Part shown: positions 18,863 to 30,008 of the stretch, piece after piece
Numbering within the stretch: position 1 is the stretch's first letter
Layout: each line of letters opens with the position of its first letter
Assembly: GCA_030528905.1 (NCBI GenBank)
Contig: JAUMXZ010000001.1
Span: 1-59,116 of the forward strand
DNA from: Clostridia bacterium
GTDB lineage: Bacteria; Bacillota; Clostridia; Oscillospirales; Acutalibacteraceae
DNA: 59,116 bases
Direction of reading: 5' to 3'
The notes under the pieces: model-generated
The model's input: the letters and a program-made list of their open reading frames with translations, nothing else
What the model was told of the DNA's origin: nothing
The model's database searches: none
Translations under genes and position numbers: made by a program

Positions 18863-19174
18863 ATGGCAGTCAAAAATAAGATAAGGATAAGACTTAAGGG
18901 TTATGATCATCAAGTTGTTGATCAATCTGCTGAGAGAATAGTTCAAACAGCTAAACGTACAGGTGCTAAGGTTTCAGGTCCTGTGCCGCTGCCAACAGAA
19001 AAGCAGATTGTTACTATTCTAAGAGCTGTTCATAAATATAAAGACAGCAGAGAACAATTTGAGATGAGAACTCATAAGAGACTTATCGATGTATTAAGAC
19101 CATCAAGCAAAACTTTAGATGCTTTGATGAAACTTGACCTTCCTGCAGGCATTGAAATCGAGATTAAAGCTTAG
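18863..19174 (+). CDS. rpsJ: 30S ribosomal protein S10 (NusE)
   Basis: [10 protein letters not shown]...[16 protein letters not shown]...HKRLIDV. AAGGAGG SD. Confidence 0.98.
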   Translation: MAVKNKIRIRLKGYDHQVVDQSAERIVQTAKRTGAKVSGPVPLPTEKQIVTILRAVHKYKDSREQFEMRTHKRLIDVLRPSSKTLDALMKLDLPAGIEIEIKA

Positions 19175-19247
19175 TTTCAATCAACCTAACGCAGCAGGTA
19201 ATGTTGGGGAGTAAAACCCAACCAATAACCAAAAGGAGGAAAAAGGT

Positions 19248-19880
19248 ATGAAAAAAGGAATCATCGGTAAAAAAATCGGTATGGCTCAAATTTTTGATGA
19301 GAAGGGCAATGTAATACCGGTTACCGTTGTAGAAGCGGGACCTTGCGTGGTTTCGCAAAAGAAAACCGTCGAAACAGATGGTTACAATGCAATCCAGGTT
19401 GGCTTTGGTAATGTAAAACCACAAAGAGTCAACAAACCAATGAAGGGTCACTTTGATAAAGGTGATGTAGCTCCTAAGAAAATTCTTAAAGAGTTTCGTC
19501 TTGAAGATATCGAAAGCTATAATGTAGGCGATATCATTAAGGCAGAGATCTTCGAAGAGGGAGAAAAAGTTGATGTAATCGGCAGAAGTAAAGGTAAAGG
19601 TTATGCCGGTGTAATTAAGCGTTGGAATTTCCACAGACTTAAAGAATCTCACGGTACAGGCCCTAACGTAAGAAAAGGTGGCTCAATCGGAGCTTGTTCA
19701 GACCCATCAAGAGTATTTAAAGGTACAAAGATGAATGGACATATGGGCAGCCAAAGAGTAACAGTTCAAAATCTGCTCGTAGTTAAAGTGGATAATGAAA
19801 ATAACCTTATAGCTATCAAGGGTGCAATCCCCGGTCCAAAAGGATCAACGGTTGTTATCAAAAATTCCGTTAAGGCTTAG
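19248..19880 (+). CDS. rplC: 50S ribosomal protein L3
   Basis: [24 protein letters not shown]...[22 protein letters not shown]. Confidence 0.98.
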   Translation: MKKGIIGKKIGMAQIFDEKGNVIPVTVVEAGPCVVSQKKTVETDGYNAIQVGFGNVKPQRVNKPMKGHFDKGDVAPKKILKEFRLEDIESYNVGDIIKAEIFEEGEKVDVIGRSKGKGYAGVIKRWNFHRLKESHGTGPNVRKGGSIGACSDPSRVFKGTKMNGHMGSQRVTVQNLLVVKVDNENNLIAIKGAIPGPKGSTVVIKNSVKA

Positions 19881-19897
19881 TGAAAGGAGGAAATACA

Positions 19898-20521
19898 ATG
19901 CCTAAGTTAGATGTAATAAATATGAGTGGCTCAAAAGTCGGAGATATAGAACTTTCAGATGAGATATTTGCTGTAGAACCAAATGTCGCTGCTATGCACC
20001 AAATGGTAGTAAACTATCTTGCAAGTCAGCGTCAGGGCACACAATCAGCACTCACCCGTTCAGAAGTATCCGGCGGCGGAAGAAAACCATGGCGTCAAAA
20101 AGGTACAGGCCATGCAAGACAAGGCTCTACTCGCGCACCACAATGGACACATGGTGGAGTTGTGTTTGCTCCAAAGCCAAGAAGCTACAGATTCAAGGTC
20201 AATAAAAAAGTAAAACGCCTTGCAATGAAATCAGCTTTCTCATCAAAAGTTATAGACAACGATTTAATCATTATAGATGAAATCAAAACAGATGAGTATA
20301 AAACCAAAACAATGGTAAAAATGCTTTCAGATATAAAAGCAGAGAAAAAACCACTTATCGTGCTTGACAGCGTAGATAAGAAAGTTATTAAATCTGTTTC
20401 AAATATACCAAAAGCTAAAACAACTCAAGTCAATACATTAAATGTATATGATATTATGAATGCAGATAAGCTTGTTATCACACAGGCAGCAATAAAGAAA
20501 ATTGAGGAGGTGTATGCATAA
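19898..20521 (+). CDS. rplD: 50S ribosomal protein L4
   Basis: [25 protein letters not shown] 19898 follows AAAGGAGGA; the ORF-track GTG 19880 overlaps the SD itself. Confidence 0.97.
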   Translation: MPKLDVINMSGSKVGDIELSDEIFAVEPNVAAMHQMVVNYLASQRQGTQSALTRSEVSGGGRKPWRQKGTGHARQGSTRAPQWTHGGVVFAPKPRSYRFKVNKKVKRLAMKSAFSSKVIDNDLIIIDEIKTDEYKTKTMVKMLSDIKAEKKPLIVLDSVDKKVIKSVSNIPKAKTTQVNTLNVYDIMNADKLVITQAAIKKIEEVYA

Positions 20522-20811
20522 TGTTTGCACACGATATAATCCTAAAGCCAATAATCACAGAGAAATCTATGGCATGTATGCAAATGAAAAAATACACCTT
20601 TAAGGTAAAGAAATCCGCTAACAAAATAGAAATCGCAAAAGCGGTAGAAGAAATCTTTAAAGTAAAGGTAGCAAAAGTAAACACTTTGAATGTAAGAGGT
20701 CGTTTGCGTCGTCAGGGAAGAACTCAAGGCTATACTCCATCCTGGAAAAAAGCCATAGTTACATTAACAGAAGACAGCAAATCTATAGAATTTTTTGACG
20801 GCATGATGTAG
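20521..20811 (+). CDS. rplW: 50S ribosomal protein L23
   Basis: [12 protein letters not shown]...YTFKV...KKAIVTL. ATG overlaps the rplD stop. Confidence 0.97.
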   Translation: MFAHDIILKPIITEKSMACMQMKKYTFKVKKSANKIEIAKAVEEIFKVKVAKVNTLNVRGRLRRQGRTQGYTPSWKKAIVTLTEDSKSIEFFDGMM

Positions 20812-20903
20812 TCCTTGCGAATATCTATAGATAAACGATAAGGATATGCACAGTATGGGGAAGGCATAACCCCGCAAAGCCATCATGAGGAGAGTGAAAC
20901 AAG

Positions 20904-21737
20904 ATGCCTATTAAAAATTATAAACCGACTACTCCGTCAAGACGTAATATGTCAGTAACAGACTATTCAGTTTTGTCAAAGGTAAAGCCGGAAAAGAGCT
21001 TGCTTGCACCACTTAGCAAAAAATCAGGTCGCAACAGCTACGGAAGAATAACAGTACGCCACAGAGGCGGCGGAAACCGCAGAAAATATCGTATGATTGA
21101 CTTCAAGCGTCAAAAATTCGATGTAGATGCAATAGTAAAAACAATCGAATACGATCCAAACCGTTCAGCTTTCATCGCACTCATAGAATATGAGGACGGA
21201 GAAAAAAGCTATATCATAGCACCAAACGGCTTAAAGGTCGGATACAAAATTCAGTCAGGTCCAAATGCAGATATTCTGCCGGGAAATGCATTACCATTGG
21301 AAAACATACCAACAGGTACATTCGTTCACAATGTTGAGCTTTATCCCGGAAAAGGTGCACAGCTTGCAAGATCAGCAGGAAATATGGCACAGCTTATGGC
21401 AAAAGAAAATAAACTTGCCCTTTTAAGACTGCCATCAGGAGAATTAAGAAATGTTCCAATCAAATGTATGGCAACAATCGGACAAGTATCAAACACTGAC
21501 CACGAGAATGTTAAAATCGGAAAAGCTGGCCGTAAAAGACATATGGGTATAAGACCAACCGTAAGAGGATCTGTTATGAACCCATGCGATCACCCGCACG
21601 GCGGTGGTGAGGGTAAATCACCAATCGGACGTCCGGGACCGGTTACACCTTGGGGTAAACCAACATTGGGCTACAAGACAAGAAAGAAACATCATAGAAC
21701 AGATAAATTTATAGTAAAACGCAGAAACGGTAAATAA
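20904..21737 (+). CDS. rplB: 50S ribosomal protein L2
   Basis: [16 protein letters not shown]...[14 protein letters not shown]. Confidence 0.98.
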   Translation: MPIKNYKPTTPSRRNMSVTDYSVLSKVKPEKSLLAPLSKKSGRNSYGRITVRHRGGGNRRKYRMIDFKRQKFDVDAIVKTIEYDPNRSAFIALIEYEDGEKSYIIAPNGLKVGYKIQSGPNADILPGNALPLENIPTGTFVHNVELYPGKGAQLARSAGNMAQLMAKENKLALLRLPSGELRNVPIKCMATIGQVSNTDHENVKIGKAGRKRHMGIRPTVRGSVMNPCDHPHGGGEGKSPIGRPGPVTPWGKPTLGYKTRKKHHRTDKFIVKRRNGK

Positions 21738-21765
21738 TACGGAACGGAAAGGAGTTTGATAAAAA

Positions 21766-22038
21766 ATGGGCAGAAGTGTTAAGAAAGGACCTTTCGTGCA
21801 ACCGAAGTTGCTTGAGAGAGTAGAAAAAATGAACGAATCTGGCGAAAAGAAAATTCTTAAAACCTGGAGCAGAGCATCAACAATCTTCCCGGATTTTGTA
21901 GGTCATACCTTTGCGGTTCACGATGGACGCAAACACGTTCCGGTATATGTAACCGAAGATATGGTAGGTCACAAATTGGGAGAATTTGCTCCGACAAGAA
22001 CTTTTAAAGGACATGCCGGATCCAAAACAAGCAAGTAA
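21766..22038 (+). CDS. rpsS: 30S ribosomal protein S19
   Basis: [10 protein letters not shown]...[29 protein letters not shown]. Confidence 0.98.
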   Translation: MGRSVKKGPFVQPKLLERVEKMNESGEKKILKTWSRASTIFPDFVGHTFAVHDGRKHVPVYVTEDMVGHKLGEFAPTRTFKGHAGSKTSK

Positions 22039-22059
22039 GACCGAAAGGAGTGCATTTAA

Positions 22060-22398
22060 ATGGAAGCAAGAGCACAGTTAAAATATGTAAGAATTGCTCC
22101 TCGCAAGGTCGGCATAGTATTAGACTTGATAAGAGGCAAAAATGTAAACTATGCAATGGCAGTATTAAAGAATACACCAAAGGCAGCTTGTGAGGATTTA
22201 CAAAAATTATTAAAATCTGCAATAGCAAATGCAGAAAATAATCACGATATGGATACATCAAGATTATATATTGCCCAGTGTTTTGTTTGTCAGGGACCAA
22301 TGCTTAAGCGTATTCGTCCAAGAGCACAGGGTCGTGCGTTCAGAATAAATAAGAAAACATCGCACATAACAATGGTGCTTAAGGAAGAAGAAATTTAA
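22060..22398 (+). CDS. rplV: 50S ribosomal protein L22
   Basis: [19 protein letters not shown]...[21 protein letters not shown]. Confidence 0.98.
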   Translation: MEARAQLKYVRIAPRKVGIVLDLIRGKNVNYAMAVLKNTPKAACEDLQKLLKSAIANAENNHDMDTSRLYIAQCFVCQGPMLKRIRPRAQGRAFRINKKTSHITMVLKEEEI

Positions 22399-22419
22399 GA
22401 TAGGAGGGAAAGCAATAAT

Positions 22420-23097
22420 ATGGGTCAGAAAGTAAATCCCCATGGACTTCGTGTGGGAATAATCAAAGATTGGGATTCACGCTGGTATGCAAACAGTAAA
22501 GATTTCGGAGATTTATTGGTAGAAGACTATAATCTCAGAAAGATGTTAAAGAAAAAAATCCAATCAGCAGGCGTTCCCAAGATCGAAATTGAAAGAAGAG
22601 CTAACAGAGTAAGAATTCACATTCACTGCGCAAAACCCGGTATGGTTATCGGTAAGGGCGGCGCAGAAATAGAGAAGCTTCGTTTAGAGTGTGAAAAGAT
22701 GATAAATAAGCCCGTTTCAATAAATATAATTGAAGTAAAATCACCTGATATGGACGCTCAGCTTATAGCAGAAAATATAGCAGTACAGCTTGAGAAGAGA
22801 ATTTCATTCAGAAGAGCAATGAAACAAAGCATCGGAAGAGCAATGAAATTCGGAGCAAAAGGTATCAAAGTTCAGGTATCAGGTCGTTTGGGCGGCGCAG
22901 AAATCGCCAGAGCTGAACAATATCACGAGGGAACAATCCCGCTTCAGACATTAAGAGCAGATATTGATTACGGTTTTGCAGAGGCAGATACAACCTACGG
23001 AAAAATCGGAGTAAAAGTATGGCTCTACAAAGGCGAAGTGTTACAGCAAAGCGCAAAGAAAACCCCTAAAAAAAATGAGGAAGGGGGCAAACAATAA
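22420..23097 (+). CDS. rpsC: 30S ribosomal protein S3
   Basis: [14 protein letters not shown]...KH domain...[10 protein letters not shown]. Confidence 0.98.
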   Translation: MGQKVNPHGLRVGIIKDWDSRWYANSKDFGDLLVEDYNLRKMLKKKIQSAGVPKIEIERRANRVRIHIHCAKPGMVIGKGGAEIEKLRLECEKMINKPVSINIIEVKSPDMDAQLIAENIAVQLEKRISFRRAMKQSIGRAMKFGAKGIKVQVSGRLGGAEIARAEQYHEGTIPLQTLRADIDYGFAEADTTYGKIGVKVWLYKGEVLQQSAKKTPKKNEEGGKQ

Positions 23098-23525
23098 TGT
23101 TAATGCCAAAACGCGTTAAGTTTCGCAGAGTACACAGAGGACGTTTAAAAGGTAAGGCTTTGAGAGGAAATAAAGTCACATACGGTGATTTTGGACTCCA
23201 GGCATTACAACCATCTTGGATAACATCAAACCAAATAGAAGCTGCTCGTATAGCAATGACACGTTATACAAAAAGATATGGTAAAGTCTGGATCAAAATA
23301 TTCCCGGATAAGCCAATCACAGAAAAGCCAGCCGAAACACGCATGGGTTCCGGTAAAGGATCACCGGAATATTGGGTAGCAGTTGTTAAACCGGGAAGAA
23401 TTATGTTTGAAATAGGCGGCGTAGATGAGAAGGTCGCTCGTGAGGCTATGAGACTTGCAGCAAACAAACTCCCGATAAAATGCAAGTTTGTAAAGAAAGA
23501 AGAAAAAACGGAGGGTGATAGTTAA
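23097..23525 (+). CDS. rplP: 50S ribosomal protein L16
   Basis: [19 protein letters not shown]...[23 protein letters not shown]. Confidence 0.98.
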   Translation: MLMPKRVKFRRVHRGRLKGKALRGNKVTYGDFGLQALQPSWITSNQIEAARIAMTRYTKRYGKVWIKIFPDKPITEKPAETRMGSGKGSPEYWVAVVKPGRIMFEIGGVDEKVAREAMRLAANKLPIKCKFVKKEEKTEGDS

Positions 23526-23740
23526 TGAAAGCTTCAGAGATTAGAGAATTATCAAAAGCTGAATTACAAGAAAAGCTTAAAGATCTTAAAGCAGAACTTT
23601 TCAACCTGCGTTTCCAGCTTGCAATTAATCAGTTAGACAACCCGAAGAGAATAAATACTGTTAGAAAAGATATAGCAAGAGTAAATACAATAATCAGAGA
23701 AAACGAAATAAACGACAGTATTGCTAATGAGGAGGATTAA
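23525..23740 (+). CDS. rpmC: 50S ribosomal protein L29
   Basis: [26 protein letters not shown]. Confidence 0.95.
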   Translation: MKASEIRELSKAELQEKLKDLKAELFNLRFQLAINQLDNPKRINTVRKDIARVNTIIRENEINDSIANEED

Positions 23741-23742
23741 TC

Positions 23743-24000
23743 GTGAGCGAAAGGAATATGAGAAAAACTCAGATTGGAAAAGTAACTAGCAATAAGATGG
23801 ATAAAACAGCTGTTGTATCAATTCAAGACAGCGTAAAACATCCAAAATATAAGAAAATAATGAAGCGTACAATAAAATTCAAGGTGCACGATGAGAATAA
23901 TGAGTGCAATATCGGAGATAAAGTACGCATAATGGAAACCAGACCATTATCAAAAGATAAAAGATGGCGTTTGGTAGAAATCTTAGAGAAAGCAAAATAA
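23743..24000 (+). CDS. rpsQ: 30S ribosomal protein S17
   Basis: [14 protein letters not shown]...HPKYKKI...[30 protein letters not shown] start after GAGGAGG. Confidence 0.97.
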   Translation: MSERNMRKTQIGKVTSNKMDKTAVVSIQDSVKHPKYKKIMKRTIKFKVHDENNECNIGDKVRIMETRPLSKDKRWRLVEILEKAK

Positions 24001-24040
24001 TAAGCGGTTAGAAAATGCAGCCGGTCAGGAGGGAAAGACT

Positions 24041-24409
24041 GTGATACAACAACAAACCTGCCTTAGAGTAGCCGATAATACCGGAGCAAAAGAAATAATG
24101 TGTATCCGAGTATTAGGAGGAACAGGAAGAAGGTATGCAAACATCGGTGATGTAATAGTAGCATCAGTAAAAAAAGTTTCACCGGGTGGAGTTGTAAAAA
24201 AAGGTGAAGTAGTTAGAGCGGTAGTTGTACGCTCAGCTAAAGGCGTTCGTCGCAGCGATGGAACGTATATTCGTTTTGATGAAAATGCTGCGGTTATTAT
24301 CAAAGAAGATAAAAATCCGAGAGGCACACGTATTTTCGGACCAGTAGCAAGAGAGCTTCGTGAAAAGGATTATCTGAAAATATTAAGCTTGGCTCCGGAA
24401 GTTTTATAG
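24041..24409 (+). CDS. rplN: 50S ribosomal protein L14
   Basis: [18 protein letters not shown]...[15 protein letters not shown] start after AGGAGGG. Confidence 0.98.
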   Translation: MIQQQTCLRVADNTGAKEIMCIRVLGGTGRRYANIGDVIVASVKKVSPGGVVKKGEVVRAVVVRSAKGVRRSDGTYIRFDENAAVIIKEDKNPRGTRIFGPVARELREKDYLKILSLAPEVL

Positions 24410-24425
24410 GAGGTGTTACAACAGT

Positions 24426-24746
24426 ATGACAAAAAAAGTTCATGTTAAAACGGGTGACACCGTAATGGTAATAAGCGGAAAAGATCGTGGCAAAAAAGGA
24501 AAAGTATTGGCAGTAAGCCCAAAAGAGGGAAAAGTTATTGTTGAGAAAATAAACGTAGTAAGCAAACACGTCAAGCCACGCAAGATGGGCGACCCAAGCG
24601 GAATAATCAAAACCGAAGGCGCTATGTACGCAAGTAAAGTACAAATCGTATGTCCGCGTTGCGGAAAACCAACCCGTATAGGACACAAAATATATGAAGA
24701 CGGAAGTAAAGAGCGCATTTGTAAGAAATGCAATGAAACACTTTAA
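24426..24746 (+). CDS. rplX: 50S ribosomal protein L24 (with C-terminal CxxC...CxxC)
   Basis: KOW motif VKTGDTVMVISGKDRGKKGKV. The C-terminus carries CPRCG...CKKCN. Confidence 0.97.
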   Translation: MTKKVHVKTGDTVMVISGKDRGKKGKVLAVSPKEGKVIVEKINVVSKHVKPRKMGDPSGIIKTEGAMYASKVQIVCPRCGKPTRIGHKIYEDGSKERICKKCNETL

Positions 24747-24761
24747 GGAGGATGACACCAT

Positions 24762-25301
24762 ATGGCAAGATTGAGAAAATTCTATGCTGAGGAAGTTGCT
24801 CCTGCAATGATGAAAAAGTTTTCATATAAAAATGTGATGCAAATTCCGAAGATGGAAAAAGTAGTAATAAATGTAGCAGCAGGCGAAGCAAAAGATAACG
24901 GAAAAATGATAGAGGCAATAATGAGAGATTTAAGCCAAATCACCGGTCAAAAGCCTGTAGTATGCAAAGCAAAGAAATCTGTTGCTAACTTTAAATTAAG
25001 AGAAGGTATGAATATCGGAGCAAAAGTAACCTTAAGAGGCGACAAGATGTACGAGTTCATCGACAGATTATTCAATGTTGCTTTGCCAAGAGTTCGTGAC
25101 TTCAGAGGAATAAACGGAAATTCCTTTGACGGAAGAGGTAACTATAATATGGGAATCAAAGAACAGTTGATATTCCCGGAAATAGATTACGATAAGATCG
25201 ACAAAATTCGCGGAATGGATATATGCTTTGTAACATCCGCAAAAACAGATGAAGAAGCTAAAGAGTTATTAAGTCTCTTAGGCGCTCCATTTAAGAAGTA
25301 G
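24762..25301 (+). CDS. rplE: 50S ribosomal protein L5
   Basis: [11 protein letters not shown]...[24 protein letters not shown]. Confidence 0.98.
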   Translation: MARLRKFYAEEVAPAMMKKFSYKNVMQIPKMEKVVINVAAGEAKDNGKMIEAIMRDLSQITGQKPVVCKAKKSVANFKLREGMNIGAKVTLRGDKMYEFIDRLFNVALPRVRDFRGINGNSFDGRGNYNMGIKEQLIFPEIDYDKIDKIRGMDICFVTSAKTDEEAKELLSLLGAPFKK

Positions 25302-25313
25302 GAGGTAAGGCAA

Positions 25314-25499
25314 GTGGCAAAAACAGCGATGAAAGAAAAGCAGAAAAGACCTGCTAAATATTCAACACGTAAATATAACAGATGCAAAATTTGCGGCAGA
25401 CCGCACGCCTATCTTCGCAAGTTCGGAATATGCCGTATATGCTTTAGAGAATTAGCTTATAAAGGTCAAATTCCAGGTGTAAAGAAAGCAAGCTGGTAA
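25314..25499 (+). CDS. rpsN: 30S ribosomal protein S14, type Z (zinc-binding, 61 aa)
   Basis: [41 protein letters not shown] start after AGGAGG. Confidence 0.97.
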   Translation: MAKTAMKEKQKRPAKYSTRKYNRCKICGRPHAYLRKFGICRICFRELAYKGQIPGVKKASW

Positions 25500-25516
25500 T
25501 AAGGGAGGAAAAAGGA

Positions 25517-25915
25517 ATGCAAATTACAGATTCAATAGCAGATTTACTAACAAGAATCCGCAATGCAAGCTCAGCAAAACATGAAGTTGTTGATGTACCC
25601 GCCTCCAATATGAAAAAGGCTATCGTGCAAATTCTTGTAGATGAAGGATATATCAAGAACTTTATAGTAATAGAAGATGGTAAGCAGGGAATCATCAGAG
25701 CAATGTTAAAATACGACGAGAACAAGAAGCCTGCGATAACAGGACTCAGAAGAGTATCTAAACCGGGACTTCGTGTTTACAGCAGTGCTGAGGAAATGCC
25801 GAAAGTTATAAAAGGCTTAGGAGTTGCAATCGTATCAACTTCAAAAGGTGTTATGACAGACCGTAAGGCTCGCAAAGAGAATGTCGGCGGCGAAGTCCTT
25901 GCATTTGTATGGTAA
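25517..25915 (+). CDS. rpsH: 30S ribosomal protein S8
   Basis: [13 protein letters not shown]...[14 protein letters not shown]...GGEVLAFVW. Confidence 0.98.
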   Translation: MQITDSIADLLTRIRNASSAKHEVVDVPASNMKKAIVQILVDEGYIKNFIVIEDGKQGIIRAMLKYDENKKPAITGLRRVSKPGLRVYSSAEEMPKVIKGLGVAIVSTSKGVMTDRKARKENVGGEVLAFVW

Positions 25916-25932
25916 GGAGGTAGGCAAAGAAA

Positions 25933-26472
25933 ATGTCTCGAATTGGAAAGAAACCTATAGAGATTCCAGCGGGAGTTGAGGTAAAACTTGACAATGGCGT
26001 TATAACAGTCAAAGGTCCCAAAGGAACATTAACACAAGCAATCAGTCCAAGAATTACAGTAAGCATAGAGGGTAACATAATAACATTTACCCGTGCAAGC
26101 GATGTAAAAACAGATAGAAGCCTACACGGTTTATCAAGAAGTTTAGTCGCAAATATGATAGAGGGCGTATCAAAAGGGTTCAAAAAAGAACTCGAAGTAA
26201 ATGGTGTAGGTTACCGTGTTCAAAAGCAAGGCAAGAAACTTGTCTTAAACCTTGGCTATTCACATCAGGTATTTATAGATGATACAGATGATGTAACAAC
26301 AGAGGTTAAAGGTAATGTGGTAACAGTTTTGGGAATTGACAAACAAAAAGTAGGTCAATTTGCAGCAGAACTAAGAGAGAAACGCCCACCGGAGCCATAT
26401 AAGGGCAAAGGTATTAAGTATGTTGGCGAGTTTATCCGTCGTAAAGAAGGAAAGGCCGGCAAAGGTAAATAA
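25933..26472 (+). CDS. rplF: 50S ribosomal protein L6
   Basis: [17 protein letters not shown]...VNGVGYRV...[11 protein letters not shown]. Confidence 0.98.
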   Translation: MSRIGKKPIEIPAGVEVKLDNGVITVKGPKGTLTQAISPRITVSIEGNIITFTRASDVKTDRSLHGLSRSLVANMIEGVSKGFKKELEVNGVGYRVQKQGKKLVLNLGYSHQVFIDDTDDVTTEVKGNVVTVLGIDKQKVGQFAAELREKRPPEPYKGKGIKYVGEFIRRKEGKAGKGK

Positions 26473-26492
26473 TTAAGGAGGGAAAATAAGAA

Positions 26493-26852
26493 ATGATAAA
26501 AAAGATTGATAAAAACATCTCAAGACTTAAACGTCATAAAAGAGTAAGACATAATATCAAGTCAAAAGCAAATTATCCAAGACTAAATGTTTTCCGCTCC
26601 AACACAAATATCTATGCACAAATAATAGATGATGAGAAAGCTGTAACATTAGTTTCAGCCTCATCTTTAGACAAAGAGATAAGCGCAAACGGCGGAAATA
26701 AAGAAGGAGCTTTTGAGGTAGGTAAGCTTATAGCACAACGCGCAAAAGATAAAGGAATAGAAGCAGTTGTATTTGATCGCGGCGGCTATCTTTATCACGG
26801 AAGAGTACAAAAGCTTGCTGAAGGCGCCAGAGAAGGCGGACTTAAGTTTTAA
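26493..26852 (+). CDS. rplR: 50S ribosomal protein L18
   Basis: RLKRHKRVR...[18 protein letters not shown]...[28 protein letters not shown]. Confidence 0.98.
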   Translation: MIKKIDKNISRLKRHKRVRHNIKSKANYPRLNVFRSNTNIYAQIIDDEKAVTLVSASSLDKEISANGGNKEGAFEVGKLIAQRAKDKGIEAVVFDRGGYLYHGRVQKLAEGAREGGLKF

Positions 26853-26872
26853 AGTAAGGAGGAGAACAACCT

Positions 26873-27370
26873 TTGGTTAAAACAAATTCAATAGCAACCG
26901 AATATGAAGAGCGTGTTGTAGCAATAAACCGTGTTTCAAAGACCGTAAAAGGCGGAAGAATCTTCAAATTTGCAGCATTGGTAGTTGTAGGAGATGGAAA
27001 AGGAACAGTAGGTTTTGGCATCGGAAAATCAGGCGAGGTTCCGGATGCAATACGCAAAGGAATAGAAGATGCAAAGAAAAACATGGTAAAAATTTCTTTG
27101 AGAGGCACAACAATTCCACACGAAACAGTAGGAGCTTTTGGAGCAGGCAGAGTTTTGCTAAAGCCGGCTGCTCCCGGTACAGGCGTTATCGCAGGCGGAC
27201 CTGTAAGAGCTGTTGTTGAAGTGGCAGGAATAAAAGATATTAGAACAAAAGCTTTAAGATCAAACAATCCGTGCAACGTAGTTCGTGCAACAATGCAAGG
27301 TCTTACAAGCTTGCGTACAGCTGAAGAAGTAGCAAAAGTACGCGGAAAAAGCGTAAAAGAGATAATATAA
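26873..27370 (+). CDS. rpsE: 30S ribosomal protein S5
   Basis: [42 protein letters not shown] start after AAGGAGGAG. Confidence 0.97.
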   Translation: MVKTNSIATEYEERVVAINRVSKTVKGGRIFKFAALVVVGDGKGTVGFGIGKSGEVPDAIRKGIEDAKKNMVKISLRGTTIPHETVGAFGAGRVLLKPAAPGTGVIAGGPVRAVVEVAGIKDIRTKALRSNNPCNVVRATMQGLTSLRTAEEVAKVRGKSVKEII

Positions 27371-27389
27371 GAGGGGGTAGTTGTATATT

Positions 27390-27569
27390 ATGGCAGATTT
27401 AAAAGTAACATTGACAAAAAGCCTGATAGGCAGCAAAAAAGACCAGATTGCTACTGCCCACGCTTTGGGTCTGAAAAAAATCGGCGATAGCAGAATTCAA
27501 CCCGATAATGCACAAACAAAAGGTAAGATTTTCAAAATCAAGCATCTTGTAGAAGTAACAGAAGCTTAA
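27390..27569 (+). CDS. rpmD: 50S ribosomal protein L30
   Basis: [35 protein letters not shown] 27390 is preferred over ORF-track TTG 27381, which abuts the GAGGGGG SD. Confidence 0.95.
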   Translation: MADLKVTLTKSLIGSKKDQIATAHALGLKKIGDSRIQPDNAQTKGKIFKIKHLVEVTEA

Positions 27570-27585
27570 AGGAGGTGTAGTGCGA

Positions 27586-28026
27586 ATGAAACTGCATGAA
27601 CTTTCTCCTGTACCGGGTTCAAAGAAAGCTCCGAAAAGAGTAGGAAGAGGCCACGGTTCAGGTTGGGGAAAAACAGCAGGAAAGGGTCATAAAGGTCAAA
27701 AAGCAAGATCCGGCGGATCAATAAGACCAGGCTTTGAAGGCGGTCAAATGCCTTTACAAAGAAGAGTCCCTAAAAGAGGATTTAATAATATTTTCAAGAA
27801 AGATATTATTGGAATAGATATTTCCAAACTCAACATTTTTGAGGATGGCGCAACAGTAGATACACAGGCTATCTTAGATGCAGGCATCACAAAAGAAGCA
27901 AGAGATGGAATAAAGATTCTTGGCAACGGCAACTTGGAAAAGAAGCTTAATGTTAAAGTAACAGCATATTCGAAGTCAGCAAAAGAAAAAATCGAAGCTG
28001 CCGGAGGGAAGGCAGAGGTGATTTAG
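27586..28026 (+). CDS. rplO: 50S ribosomal protein L15
   Basis: [46 protein letters not shown] 27586 follows AAGGAGGTG. Confidence 0.97.
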   Translation: MKLHELSPVPGSKKAPKRVGRGHGSGWGKTAGKGHKGQKARSGGSIRPGFEGGQMPLQRRVPKRGFNNIFKKDIIGIDISKLNIFEDGATVDTQAILDAGITKEARDGIKILGNGNLEKKLNVKVTAYSKSAKEKIEAAGGKAEVI

Positions 28027-29352
28027 TTGCTGCAAACAATAAGAAATGCTTGGAAAATACCGGATTTAAGAAAGAAAATACTGTTTACACTGCTAATCGT
28101 CGTAGTATTCAGAATAGGAGCAGCTTTACCGGCACCGTTTCTTGATATGACAGCTTTAGCAGGCGCTATGGGAGCTATAGACGAAGGCGGAACAATGCTT
28201 GCATATATAAACACCTTATCTGGTGGAGCATTTGCTAATGCAACGCTGTTTGCAATGTCAGTAACACCTTATATCAATGCACAAATCATTATGCAGCTTT
28301 TAGCTGTTGCAATACCACCTCTTGAGCGAATGGCAAAAGAGGGTGCGGAAGGCAGAAAGAAATTAAGTTCAATCACAAGATATGTGGCAGTAGGCTTAGG
28401 TCTTGTACAGGGTACAGCCTATTATATGTATCTTAGAAACACCTCATTTGAGGGTTTGCCAATAGTTAAGTACACATCAGGCTTTGAGGGCGTATTTGCA
28501 GCAATCGCAATTATCTTAGTGTTTACAGCAGGTACAGCACTTATGATGTGGCTTGGCGAACAAATAAACCAACACGGTATAGGAAACGGAATTTCTATAC
28601 TGTTGTTTGCAGGTATCGTAGCAAGAATGCCTTATACAATAAGCCAGCTTGTAACATACTGGGGCGCAGCAAATGAAAGTCCAGAGGCATTTGGACAGTA
28701 TTACTTCTTAGTTCCGATTTTTGTACTGATATTCCTGGCAACAGTTTGGTTAATCGTATTTATGAACGATGCAGAAAGAAGAATACCGGTACAGTATGCA
28801 AAAAGAGTTGTAGGAAGAAAAATGTATGGAGGCCAAAGTACACATATTCCGATAAAGGTAAATTTATCAGGAGTTATGCCAATTATCTTTGCAAGCTCAA
28901 TACTTTCAATACCAAGCACAATAAATCTTTTTGTAACACCAACAGGCTTTTGGAAAGGATTTTTAGATGCTTTCTCAACAACAGGTTGGTTCTATCCAAT
29001 ATTATACTTTTTGTTTATCATTTTGTTTGCATATTTTTATGTTGCAATACAATACAATCCAATAGAGATGGCAAACAATCTTCGCCAGAACAATGGAACA
29101 ATTCCGGGATTAAGACCGGGAAAACCAACATCAGATTTCATATCAAAGATTCTCTCAAAGGTCACTTTGATAGGCGCATTATTCCTTGCTTTTATAGCAA
29201 TATTCCCGATAATATTCGGAAATGCAGCTTCTATGTCAAACTTATCTTTGGGCGGAACATCAGTTATAATCTTAGTTGGTGTAGCACTTGATACAATGAA
29301 ACAAATGGAATCACAAATGATGATGCGTCATTATAAAGGATTTTTAGATTAA
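28027..29352 (+). CDS. secY: Preprotein translocase subunit SecY
   Basis: 10-TM protein with IPDLRKKILFTLL, TPYINAQIIMQLL and GISILLFAGIVA. TTG start 7 nt after GAGGTGA. Confidence 0.97.
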   Translation: MLQTIRNAWKIPDLRKKILFTLLIVVVFRIGAALPAPFLDMTALAGAMGAIDEGGTMLAYINTLSGGAFANATLFAMSVTPYINAQIIMQLLAVAIPPLERMAKEGAEGRKKLSSITRYVAVGLGLVQGTAYYMYLRNTSFEGLPIVKYTSGFEGVFAAIAIILVFTAGTALMMWLGEQINQHGIGNGISILLFAGIVARMPYTISQLVTYWGAANESPEAFGQYYFLVPIFVLIFLATVWLIVFMNDAERRIPVQYAKRVVGRKMYGGQSTHIPIKVNLSGVMPIIFASSILSIPSTINLFVTPTGFWKGFLDAFSTTGWFYPILYFLFIILFAYFYVAIQYNPIEMANNLRQNNGTIPGLRPGKPTSDFISKILSKVTLIGALFLAFIAIFPIIFGNAASMSNLSLGGTSVIILVGVALDTMKQMESQMMMRHYKGFLD

Positions 29353-29369
29353 GAAAGGATATTGCAGTT

Positions 29370-30008
29370 ATGAAAATTATATTATTGGGAACACCTGGTT
29401 CAGGTAAAGGTACTCAGGCAAAGAAGATATGTGAGAAATTTTCAATAGTATCAATATCCACAGGAGAAATAATAAGAAACGCGTTGAAAAGCGGCACAAA
29501 GCAAGGCTTGGAAGCAAAAAAATATATAGACAAGGGAGCACTTGTTCCTGATGACGTTGTAATCGGAATAGTATGGGAAAGAATCCAACAGGACGATTGC
29601 AAAAACGGATTTATATTAGACGGTTTTCCAAGAACAATTCCTCAAGCCGAGGCACTCGAAAGAATGAATGTTGGTATTGATGCTGTGGTATGCTTGAATG
29701 TACCGGATGAGGCAATAGTAACAAGAATGTCGGGTCGCCGTGTTTGCACAAACTGTGGAACAGGATATCATATGATGTTTAACAGACCTATACAAGAAGG
29801 TATATGTGATGTTTGTGGAAATACCCTTTCTCAGCGTGACGACGATAAGCCGGAAACAGTACAGGAGCGTTTAAAGGTTTATCACGAGAATACAGAACCT
29901 TTAATAGATTTCTATAAGAATAAGGGCCTATTAGTTGAGATAGAAGCTCTTAAAGAGATCGATCTTGTAACAGAAGATATAGTAAAAGCATTAGAGGCAG
30001 TAAAATGA
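29370..30008 (+). CDS. adk: Adenylate kinase (zinc-lid type)
   Basis: GTPGSGKGTQA P-loop, GFILDGFPRT, and lid CTNCG...CDVCG. Confidence 0.97.
   Translation: MKIILLGTPGSGKGTQAKKICEKFSIVSISTGEIIRNALKSGTKQGLEAKKYIDKGALVPDDVVIGIVWERIQQDDCKNGFILDGFPRTIPQAEALERMNVGIDAVVCLNVPDEAIVTRMSGRRVCTNCGTGYHMMFNRPIQEGICDVCGNTLSQRDDDKPETVQERLKVYHENTEPLIDFYKNKGLLVEIEALKEIDLVTEDIVKALEAVK

Noticed and set aside
28746-29291. 181-aa same-strand ORF overlapping secY in another frame. Others of this kind are 17655-17954, 20019-20213, 16451-16666 and 43599-43838.
   Set aside because: They are alternative-frame artefacts inside strongly conserved genes. They have no SD and a basic, low-complexity composition.
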